Assembly: GCA_963750165.1 (NCBI GenBank)
Contig: CAVVPN010000010.1
Location: forward strand, 192,001-256,000
From: an uncultured Gemmataceae bacterium
GTDB lineage: Bacteria > Planctomycetota > Planctomycetia > Gemmatales > Gemmataceae
Direction: 5' to 3'
DNA: 64,000 nt
The notes beneath the pieces are model-generated. The model did not search any database. It was given only the letters and a program-made list of their open reading frames with translations, and had not been told where the DNA came from. The position numbers and the translations under genes were made by a program. Of this stretch, positions 10,001 to 19,122 are shown in pieces (the stretch's first letter is position 1; every line of letters begins with the position of its first letter).

Positions 10001-13000
10001 TGGTGAGGAGACCGCTGTCCGCGCTCACGTTCAAGGTCTGGCCTGGGCCGGTTTGGTAGGTGGCGTCCTGGGCCACCGGGGCGACGTCGGTCACGGTCAG
10101 CGTGACGGTCGTCGGGGCGCCGCCGTTGGCGTCCTGGTAGGTGAAGGAGTCCGTGCCCACGAAGCCCGGGGCCGGCTGATAAATGAACGACCCGTCGCCG
10201 TCCCACGTCAGGGTGCCGTCGGAGACGTTGGTTACCAGGGTGGCGCCGTCGGCGCCGGTATCGTTGGCCAGCACGCCCGGCGCGGTCACCTGCAGGACCT
10301 GGTCGTGCTCGACGGTGAAGGTGTCGGCGGTCGCGACGGGGATGGGGCCCACGGAGTTGATGGTGAAGGTCATCAGGCTGGAGGCGGCGTCGTAGTCGGC
10401 GCTGCCGGGGAAGGAAGCGACGACGGTGTAGGTGCCAGAGTCGGTCGGCGCCCCCGGGAGCGGGTCGCCCGTGGCGGTGGGGCCGGCGTAGTAGGTCACG
10501 GTCAGGCCGACGCCTTCGAGGGTGGGGCCGGGGATGCCGTCGCTGCCGACCACGGAAGCGGTCGCCGCAAAGGGCGAGCCGTTGTACGTGCCGCCTTCGT
10601 CGATGACGGTCACCGTCGCCGTCGTCGAGGGCGGTTCGGCCGGCGTGTTCAGGACCACGTCGTAGCCGCCGTTGCCCTTGTAACTGATTTGATACACCCG
10701 GCCCCCAACGGGGACGAGATCCCCTTCGGGGAGCCCGTTAAAGATGCCGTTGACGGGGGCGCCGCCTGTGTTGTGGATGAGGGTGTATGAATCCGCGAGG
10801 TCGGGCCCCAGCGCGGATAGATCGAGATTGCCGCTCAGGTTGACCGTGGAGGCCACGATCAAATCGGAGGGGTCGCCGACCTCCCCCAGGTCGAAGTGGA
10901 GCGTCCCCGTCTCGGTGTACGAACCGATGACCGTGATGGTCCCGGGCACCTGGTCGCCCCCCGGGTAGAGGTCGCCGGCGTCCGAGAGGGCGCCCGTCAG
11001 CGTACCCGTGCCGGACAGGCTGCCCGTGTTGCGCAGGGTACCGCCGCCACCGCCAATCGTGCCATTCCAGATGCCGTCCCCTTCGTTGAGGACCGTCCGC
11101 GTGTTCAGGGTCACCGGGCCGTTGATGGTCAGGTTCCCCCCTGGCTTCAGGTCGGTGGTGCCGCTGCCGCTCATGGTGCCGCCGGACCAGGTGAGCGCCT
11201 GGGCGACGGTGGCGGTGCCGTCCCCCTGCAACGTGCCGCCCAGTTGCGTGAGGGTCCCGTCGTCGGTCAGGGTGCCGACGGAGACCGTGCCGTCGTCCAG
11301 GGCGTAGGAGGTCTGAACGGTCAGCGTGCCCTGGATGTCGAGGAGGCCGCCCGTTTGCTGGACGGTGCCGGCGACGCCGAGGGAGCCGACCGCGGTGGTC
11401 TGGCCGCCCAGCAGGTTCATGTCCACGGTCGTGTTCTGCGTGATCGTGTTGTCCTGGATGGTGTCCGTCACGCCGGCGTTCACCACCAGGCCCTGCTGGT
11501 TGTTCGTGATGGTGTTGCCGGTCAAAGCGGTGCCGGTGCCGGCGACGAGGTTGACGCCAGCACCGCTGTTGTCGTGAATGTTGTTGGCGGTGAGGGTGTT
11601 GCCGTTGGTGTCCGGGCCCAGGAGCGAGACGCCGTCCTCGCCGTTGAAGGCGATGGTGTTGCCGTTGCCGGCCAGGCCGATGGCGTTGTTGTTCGCGCCG
11701 TTCTGGACCACTATCCCGCTCAGGGTGTTCCCGTAGGACTGGTTGTTGTCATCGACGCCGACGTAGTTGCCCGTGAGCCAGTTGGCAAAGGTGCCGGTGC
11801 CGTCCAGGAGGGCGCCCGTGTCCCAGATGTTCTGGGCGACCGCCACCCCGGTGCTGTTTTCCATCAACAGGCTCGCGCCCATGCCGCCCGGAGCAGCGGG
11901 TTCCTGGATGATCCGGTTGTTCCCGACCGCGATGTTGTTGAGGGTGCCGGTGTTGTTGACGCTTTCAACGCTCGCGACGCCCTTGCCGTGGAAGCCGGTG
12001 TTGTCTCGTACGACGGTGGCGCCGAGGGCCCCCGTGACGCGGATGGCTGCCGCCGTGTTGACCAGCGCCGTCTGGCCGGTCTTGTCGGAGCCGACCTTGT
12101 TGCCGATGACCCGGTTGCCGTAGCCCCGCTCCACGAGGATGCCCTGTTGCTGGTTGCCGGAGACGATGTTGGGTGCGGCGGCGCTGCCGACGGTGGCGGC
12201 GTTCACCCCGTCGAGGTGGATGCCCACCTGGTTGGCCCGCACGGCCGCGCCGAAGGGATCGAGGCCGACGATGTTGCCCAGGATCACCAGCCCCGTGTTG
12301 CCGCCGCCGGACACATAAATGCCGTCCTTGCCGTTGGAGCCGATGGTGTTGCCGGCGCCCTGGGCGGTGCCGCCGATGGTCACGGAGGCTTTGACGGCGG
12401 GGGTGTAGACCGCCGCCCAGGTGCCGCCGCCGCCGTAGTTGCCGTTGCCGGTGGTGCCGTTGAGGCTGAAGGTGTTGCCGTCGATCACGGTGATGGTGAA
12501 GGTGCCGTTGGCGTTGGTGTTGCCCAGCACCCCCTGGATGGTCACTCGCTGCCCGGTTTCCAGGTTGTGGCCGTTGCTGGTGATGGTGATGGGGCCGACG
12601 CCGTTGCCGGACGTGCCGGTGATGGTGCCGCCGGATGCGGCGAAGCCCAGGGAGATGCTGATGCCGTTGCCCGAGTTGGGCAGGGCGGCGCCCCGCCGGT
12701 CCAGGCCGATGAAGTTGCCCTGGATGGTGCTGTCCGTGCGGACCGTGTTGATGCCGTCGCTGGTGTTGCCCGAGATGATGTTGCCGGGCGGCCGGGCGCC
12801 GTTGCTCACGCCGCCGATGACCAGCCCCGACACCCCGTCCGTGCGGATGCCGCTGCCGTTGCCCAGGTTGGGCTTGCCGAGCCCCTGCTTGTTGGTTCCG
12901 ATCATGTTCCCCTGAATGATGGTCGAGGTGAGGCCGACGCGCAGGTCGATCCCGGTCGTGTTGCCGGAGATGCAGTTGCCCGCCCCCGCGCCGCCGCCGA

Positions 13001-14366
13001 TCGTCAGGTTCCGGTAGCGTTTGGCCTGGATGCCGAACGACTGGGTGCCCAGTTTGGCGTTGCCCGTCTTGTCGGTGCCGATCAGGTTGCCCTGGATGGT
13101 GTTGTTGCTGGCGTACCAGATGGTCTGTTCGTTGACATCGTAGCCGGAGATGTTGATGCCGACCGAACTGTTGCCCGCGATCAGGTTGCCGGGGGGCAGC
13201 CCCATGCCGTCCGGCAGGCCGAGCAGGTTCACCCCGCCGATGAGGTTGCCGCTGCTGGAGATGAAGACGCCGAACCGGTTCGGGACGGCGACCGTGCCGT
13301 CGATGTTGGTGCCGATGTAATTGCTCTGGACCTTGGTGTTGTAGGTCCCGCCGTGGGAGCCGATGAGGATGCCGGAGTTAACCGCCCCGGAGATGATGTT
13401 CCGGTTCGTGAGGTCGGTGCCGCCGATGATGTTGTTTTGGGGGTAAGTGTCCGTATAAGAGCCATTCTCATCCGGCATCAACACCACGCCGTAAATGCTG
13501 CTGCCGAGCTTGTTTTGCCCGGTCTTGTCCAGGCCGATGAGGTTGCCGGCAACCTGGTTGGAGTTAGACTGGTTGTAGATGGCGACGTTGGCCCAGTACC
13601 CGTTCGCGATCACATTCCCCTGGCCGGTGCCCGGGGTGAGGGCCGTGCCGCCGACCATGTTGGAGTTGGACTGGTTGTCGAGCTGAACATTGACGTGCGT
13701 CCGGCCCGCCACCTTGGTGCCCGCGATGTTGGTGCCGATGTAGTTGCCCTGGATGAAGCTGTTGGAAGTCTTTTCAAAGGAGACGTTGATGTTGTTGCCG
13801 GCAATGATGTTCCGGGCCGTCGAGGATCCGATTTTGACGTTGGACGAGTTGGTGACGTGGACGCCGGTGTCGCCGCCGCTCACCTGGTCGGCCGCGTTGA
13901 TGCCGATCAGGCAGCCCATGACCTGCGAGTTGCTGCCGTTGTTGATCAGAATCTGGTCCTTGGCGTCGTTGCGGATGCAGAGCGAATTGATGGTCGCGTC
14001 CGTCCCCTGCACGCTCAGGCCGTAGTCGCGCCCGTTCCCGTCGATGGTCACGGCCGGCAGGCCGTTCTTCAGCACCTGCGTGTTGCCCAGGATGTCGAGG
14101 GGGTTGGTGATGGTCAGGTCGGGCAGGGCCTTGTTGAGGGTGATGGTGGTGGCGTTGCCGGGGATGGCGAACAGGATCTGGTCCCGGTCGTTCTGGGCGT
14201 TGGCCTGGTTGATGCACCAGCGCAGCGAGCCCTCGTTGCGCATGGTCATGTTGTTGAACCCACCGACGTTGTTGTCCAGGTTGTTGACCACCCAAAAAAC
14301 GGCCGGCGCCAACCGGTCTTCCAGGAGGTCGAATTCAGGCCTCACGCGACGTTGGAGAGTCTTCAT
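7068..14366 (-). CDS. Giant (~2,430 aa) planctomycete surface protein/adhesin: LEPRxLL-type export motif, parallel beta-helix repeats, passenger-like domain, MBG-like domain, tandem cadherin/Ig-like (Big_9-like) repeats, C-terminal beta-sandwich
   Basis: [21 protein letters not shown] N-terminus; repeated IQGNxIGT; repeated [26 protein letters not shown]. Confidence 0.9.
   Translation of the reverse strand: [2432 protein letters not shown]
7600..9265 (-). repeat. Three near-identical ~550-bp tandem repeats, each encoding two Ig-like domains, inside the giant protein
   Basis: Equivalent positions at 7687, 8242 and 8788 (periods 555 and 546 bp); nearly identical DNA. Confidence 0.9.
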
Positions 14367-14729
14367 GAGTCGGTTCCTTGCGTTGGGGATCGGGGGCTCC
14401 AGGATTCCAGGTTCCAGATGAGACAACGAGGCACCAGGGAACGCCGCGTAGCGTTCGTGCAAAACCAAAACTTCTTTGGCTCACCGGAGATCGGTTAACG
14501 AATTCTCCTGTGAGAGGGAAACGAGCCGACGTCGATAATGTTGGTGGGAATCAGCAGCAGACACATGGCGTGTGTCTGTTACTTTTCGCGCAGGCGGAGA
14601 GCCACCGGGCGCGCAGAAAGTGCGGGCGCCTCCGGTCGCCGGTTCGCCGGGAAAAACCACCATAAACTAATGGAAAACCACAAACGAACTCATCCAGTGG
14701 GGCACCGGCCCGGACGAGCCGGTGGGGCA

Positions 14730-15671
14730 TCATTTGCCGATCGTGAGATCGAGCGTCCTGTCGTCCCTTAACACCCGGAGCGTAAAGGATCCGCCGGCCG
14801 CCTTTTTCAAGGCAGTGAGAATATCGAACCTCGTCTCGAATTGGGAAACGTCCGCAATTTGGACGATCTGGTCGCCGCGGCGCAAGCCGTGCCGCGCGTA
14901 CGGCGATGCCTCGTTAAATTCCTCGACGACGAACTTGCCCTTTTGGTTTTTCAGGCGCAGCGGAAAATCGCGCACGGTGTAGAACCGGAACCACTCCGTC
15001 GCCGCGCCGGTGGGCGGGTAGGTCACGTCGATCTCGTCTCGCGTGCGCAGCACCCCACCGCCGGCAAACTGTGCGTCCTGCGCCAGGAGACTGGCAACGG
15101 ACAGGTCCGCAACGACAAAGCTGTTCCCGATGGTTTCCGCACTCACCTTGCCGAGGCAGAAGACGACGGAATCACTGATGGGCGACTGGTCCGCGGCACA
15201 CGACCCGGTCACGAAGATACAACAACTGGAGATGCCCGAACGTCCCTTCAACGTGAGGTTACCGTCCACGAAGAGGAGCGAGGAAATCACCGGGCCAGTG
15301 AGGGTCAGGTCCCCCTTGCAGACGATCACCGAGTCCCCGGTCCCCGCGATATGGACATTGCCGGTGGCGAATACGAGTTTTCCCATCGCCCGCTGCACTT
15401 TTCGCTTATCCCCGAGCGGTGCGATGGCCACCAGGGGGTTGGGCAGTTCGGACGGGGCGAAACGGGGGTTGATCTCTTTCGCCTTCGCGCGCACGAAGGC
15501 CAACTGCCGCAGGAACCCTTTCTGGTTCTCCTGCCATTCCTTTGGCGCCGCGGCAATGAAGCTGGTGAGCACAAACGGCTTCGCCGGTTTTTCCTGCGCT
15601 GCGCCGCGGTGCGCGGGCAAGGCTAACAATAACACCAGAAATGTGAGGTGTGGCCTGAACAGTTTTCGCAT
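14730..15671 (-). CDS. Exported hypothetical protein with a short beta-solenoid-like middle and a C-terminal PDZ domain
   Basis: Signal peptide MRKLFRPHLTFLVLLLALPAHRGAA; GGGAG RBS; PDZ motif SPYARHGLRRGDQIVQI. Confidence 0.75.
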   Translation of the reverse strand: MRKLFRPHLTFLVLLLALPAHRGAAQEKPAKPFVLTSFIAAAPKEWQENQKGFLRQLAFVRAKAKEINPRFAPSELPNPLVAIAPLGDKRKVQRAMGKLVFATGNVHIAGTGDSVIVCKGDLTLTGPVISSLLFVDGNLTLKGRSGISSCCIFVTGSCAADQSPISDSVVFCLGKVSAETIGNSFVVADLSVASLLAQDAQFAGGGVLRTRDEIDVTYPPTGAATEWFRFYTVRDFPLRLKNQKGKFVVEEFNEASPYARHGLRRGDQIVQIADVSQFETRFDILTALKKAAGGSFTLRVLRDDRTLDLTIGK

Positions 15672-15802
15672 GGCTCCCCACTCCCTTACCTGAATTGGCG
15701 ACGATGGAAAGTAGCACTCCGACAAAAATTGGTTTGCCGCAATGACGACGAACAGGCCCGACAAACCTACCCCGACGGCAGACGAGCAAAACGAAATTGG
15801 AG

Positions 15803-16030
15803 TTAATTTATTGAGACTTCTCGCTCATCCCCACCGCTGAATAAGGCAGTGAACAACCCTTGGCATGGGGATGGACCACGCAGTGGCCAGGTTTTCGCCT
15901 ACATTTTCCACCGGATGTCCCCTTCAGCCCGAACAGGGACAGCGGAACTGCCGGACCAGTCGCCGCCGATGCTCTGCAACAAGTTAAGCCCAAATACGGT
16001 GGGGATGAGCGAGAAGTCTCAATTGATTAA
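15803..16030. mobile_element. 228-bp segment bounded by 34-bp inverted repeats (MITE-like or invertible segment)
   Basis: TTAATTTATTGAGACTTCTCGCTCATCCCCACCG (15803-15836) and its reverse complement with 2 mismatches at 15997-16030. Confidence 0.75.
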
Positions 16031-16160
16031 TTGGAAATAGTCTCCGACGGGGAAGTGGGAGTCAAGTGAATTTTTTCGGAAGAGAAAAATCCCTACAACA
16101 ATCGGCAATGTCCCGCGCCCGTTCCACTGCCCGAACTCCTTTGACGAAAGCGAATGAACC

Positions 16161-17786
16161 ATGGCCGACTCATCCCGCACCAGTTACGACGAAGTTCCTT
16201 ACGAGAGCCACCCCTTCGCCCAGACGCACCCGGACCGCCTGGCGACCGTGGCCACGTTGCTCGGTCAGAACCCCGCCCCCGCCGACTGCTGCCGCGTCCT
16301 TGAACTCGGCTGCGCCGCGGGCGGCAACCTCCTGCCGATGGCTGACCAGCTGCCCGGCAGTACCTTCCTCGGCATCGACCTGTCGCGCGTGCAGATCGCC
16401 CAGGGCCGGGAACTGCTCGGCAAAGTCGGCCTGAAGAACGTTGAGCTGCGCCACCTCAGTATCCTCGACATCGGCCCCGACCTCGGCAAGTTCGACTACA
16501 TCCTTTGCCACGGCGTCTACTCCTGGGTGCCCGAGCCGGTCCGGGACAAGATCCTCAGCATCTGCAAGGAACACCTCAACCCCCCGGGCGTCGCCTACGT
16601 CAGCTACAACACTTACCCGGGCTGGCACATGCGCGGCATGATCCGCGACATGCTCAGCTTCCACGTCCGCTACTTCCGCGAGCCGCGCGTTCGCGTCAAA
16701 CAGGCCCGCAACCTCCTCGACTTCCTCGCCCGCACCGTCGCCGCCGAGAACACCCCGTACAGCCTGATGCTCAAGTCGGAACTCGAATCCTTCCGCCGCA
16801 GTGCCGACGCCTACCTCTACCACGAACACCTCGAAGACGTGAACGAGCCGGTCTACTTTTACCAGTTCGCCGAGCGCGCCGCCGCGCGCGGCCTGTGTTA
16901 CCTGGCTGAGGTGGATTTCCGCAGCATGGTGCCGGGCAACTATCCACCCGAGGTCGAGAACGTTCTGCAAATGTTGTCGCAGGATAACATCCACATGGAG
17001 CAGTACATGGATTTCCTGCGCAACCGCATGTTTCGCCAGACGCTGTTGTGCCACGACCATGTGACGCCCAATTACTCTCTACGGCCCGAACAACTCGTGG
17101 TGTTCCACGTGGCCTCGCCGGCCCGGCCCCAGGAGGCGGGCTGGACGCAGGCCGGCGGCGGGGTGAACCAGGAGGCGAAACGTGCGGCGCTGGCGTCCGA
17201 TCAACCGATCACGTTCGAGACGCCCGACGGAATCACGCTGCAGTCGCGCGAGCCGCTCGTCAAGGCAGCGATGGTCGCGCTGGCGGAGGTGTGGCCGCAG
17301 GCGGTGCCCTTCCGGGAATTGCTGAAGCGGGCACGGGCCCTGGTGCCTGCGGGTGGCGAAGGCGTCGATGAGACGCCGGACGTGCGGATTCTTGGACAGT
17401 CGCTGCTGACGTTCTATGCGTCGGCGTCCACGAGTCTGGTGGAATTGTCGCTGCGGCCACCGCGGCTGACAGCCCAGGTGTCGGAGCGGCCGGTGGTCGG
17501 CGCGCTGGCCCGCGCCCAGGCGGCGGTCGGGACCACGGTCACGAATCGGCGCCACCAACTAATGCCCCTCGGGGATCTGGAGCGGCATCTGGTAACGCTG
17601 CTGGACGGCACGCGGGACCGCCAGGCCCTGCTGGAGGGCCTAAGTGCGTGGACCAGCCGAGAATGGCGGCCGATTCAGAAAGACGGGAAGTTACTTTCAG
17701 ACGGTCCCGAGCGATTGGCGGCATTGGGGGAGATGATTGACCAGCAGCTGACGGCGTTCTCCCGCGGCGGCTTGCTGATGGCCTAA
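16161..17786 (+). CDS. Class I SAM-dependent methyltransferase with methyltransferase regulatory domain
   Basis: SYDEVPYESHPF, VLELGCAAGGNL, FDYILCHGVYSWV, SYNTYPGW, YLYHEHLE, EQYMDFLRNRMFRQTLL. Confidence 0.9.
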   Translation: MADSSRTSYDEVPYESHPFAQTHPDRLATVATLLGQNPAPADCCRVLELGCAAGGNLLPMADQLPGSTFLGIDLSRVQIAQGRELLGKVGLKNVELRHLSILDIGPDLGKFDYILCHGVYSWVPEPVRDKILSICKEHLNPPGVAYVSYNTYPGWHMRGMIRDMLSFHVRYFREPRVRVKQARNLLDFLARTVAAENTPYSLMLKSELESFRRSADAYLYHEHLEDVNEPVYFYQFAERAAARGLCYLAEVDFRSMVPGNYPPEVENVLQMLSQDNIHMEQYMDFLRNRMFRQTLLCHDHVTPNYSLRPEQLVVFHVASPARPQEAGWTQAGGGVNQEAKRAALASDQPITFETPDGITLQSREPLVKAAMVALAEVWPQAVPFRELLKRARALVPAGGEGVDETPDVRILGQSLLTFYASASTSLVELSLRPPRLTAQVSERPVVGALARAQAAVGTTVTNRRHQLMPLGDLERHLVTLLDGTRDRQALLEGLSAWTSREWRPIQKDGKLLSDGPERLAALGEMIDQQLTAFSRGGLLMA

Positions 17787-18038
17787 ATCGGCGCGAAATA
17801 CGTCGCAGATCTCGCGTTTCCGGCGCGGGGCCGCTTCGGTCAGTGACTCTTGCATGTAGCGCTTCGGATTCTGAAACAGATACAGATAAATCTTGGCTTT
17901 CCGGTAACCCAACAACTCCGGCTGCCGGTAGAGTTGAAAAACCGCTCTGCCGCCCCCCTTTTGATGGGCTTCCAGGAGCCGCAGCAGCGGGTGCCAACTC
18001 GTGGTGGGCCCCTCGCGGACATAATCTTCGATGGGCAT
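17697..18038 (-). CDS. Hypothetical protein (MPIEDYVREG...), possibly truncated
   Basis: ATG 27 bp after the nucleosidase stop with purine-rich upstream sequence; 3' end overlaps the methyltransferase antisense by 90 bp. Confidence 0.4.
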   Translation of the reverse strand: MPIEDYVREGPTTSWHPLLRLLEAHQKGGGRAVFQLYRQPELLGYRKAKIYLYLFQNPKRYMQESLTEAAPRRKREICDVFRADLGHQQAAAGERRQLLVNHLPQCRQSLGTV

Positions 18039-18064
18039 GACTGCTCTTTCCGGAATCCGCCCCG

Positions 18065-18829
18065 TCAAGGTGGTTTCGTTTTTGCCAGTGCCGAGAGGAC
18101 AAACCACGCCGAATTGCGGCAGGCCCGCGGCCGGGTTTCCTCAAAAATCTTATCGCGCTGCTCGTCCGCGAAGTCGGAAATGCCCTTCATCACGATCCAG
18201 GCGGGATCCTCAGGTGGGGACACCGACACCAGCCCAACCCCTTCCATTTCGCCGCCCACGATCGGTTCGTCCGTTGGTGGAATGGCCCGCACCAGTTCGT
18301 CGCGGAACTTGCCGCTGAAGATTGCGGCACCGCCCAAGAGCAGTGCGCCAAGGTGGACCTGGAAGGGCAAGCCCTCTTGCTGGCTCTGCTTCAGGAACAG
18401 TTCGACCATGAACGGCCTGGCAGCTTGCCGCTTCGCCGGCCCGTAATCCACCCGGTAACCCTCGCCGTCCGCATGGACATTCCGGCGGTCGTAAGGGATG
18501 ATTGAGTTGGACACCAGGACATCGCCGGGTTTCTGGCGGCCCGGGTCGATGCCGAACGCCATGCCGAGCTGGACAATCGCAGTCGCGCCGGTCGCGGACT
18601 TGTAATAAATGCCCTGGGACGCTGACCCCTGATAGTTGAGCGGCCCCATCTCGGTCTGGACCGCAAGGACGCGAAAGTCACCCACCATGCCTATCCGGTA
18701 ATATCTCCCCAATTGCGGGTGCTTGCCTCGGTTGAACGGGAACCCCAACTCTTTCGCCACCTCCCGAAGTTGCTCCCTCTCGGTGGTCGTTGCGAAGAAC
18801 AAGAGCAGGTCGCAGGCAAATTCTTCCAC
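18065..18829 (-). CDS. PNP/MTA-SAH nucleosidase-family (PNP_UDP_1) protein
   Basis: QLGMAFG, GDVLVS, GGEMEG, MKGISDFAD motifs; GGAG RBS before GTG. Confidence 0.85.
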   Translation of the reverse strand: MEEFACDLLLFFATTTEREQLREVAKELGFPFNRGKHPQLGRYYRIGMVGDFRVLAVQTEMGPLNYQGSASQGIYYKSATGATAIVQLGMAFGIDPGRQKPGDVLVSNSIIPYDRRNVHADGEGYRVDYGPAKRQAARPFMVELFLKQSQQEGLPFQVHLGALLLGGAAIFSGKFRDELVRAIPPTDEPIVGGEMEGVGLVSVSPPEDPAWIVMKGISDFADEQRDKIFEETRPRACRNSAWFVLSALAKTKPP

Positions 18830-18977
18830 CTTGGGGCTCCGGCGATTGGGTGGTGCCCGTGAATCCCTGCCAGGTCAAGATAGGTTTATTTTCTCTGACC
18901 TGAGGTTCGCGGTCAATCCAGGTGCCTTGAGTTCCGTGGAGTGTCATGGGTTGCCACAACATGCCGCAAGGGCGTCA

Positions 18978-19032
18978 ATTCTCGACGTATGAAAATCTTG
19001 GCATTCTTGGCACCCTTGGCACCCTTGCTGTG
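18978..19032 (-). repeat. 55-bp CACAGCAAGGG(nGCCAAGGG)-type dispersed element, copy 1
   Basis: Reverse complement aligns without gaps to 29262-29316 and 33360-33414. Confidence 0.85.
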
Positions 19033-19122
19033 ACCGCCGTCGCCACCGGAAGCCCCGCCGTGCCACCCGGGACAGGCAGGGCCAAGGGCTTGTCACGCCT
19101 CAAAACACCAGCAACCCGGTCA

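Noticed and set aside
6777..14498. Very long + strand ORFs (6777..10790, 10896..14498)
   Set aside because: Antisense shadows of the GC-rich repetitive adhesin gene; no motifs
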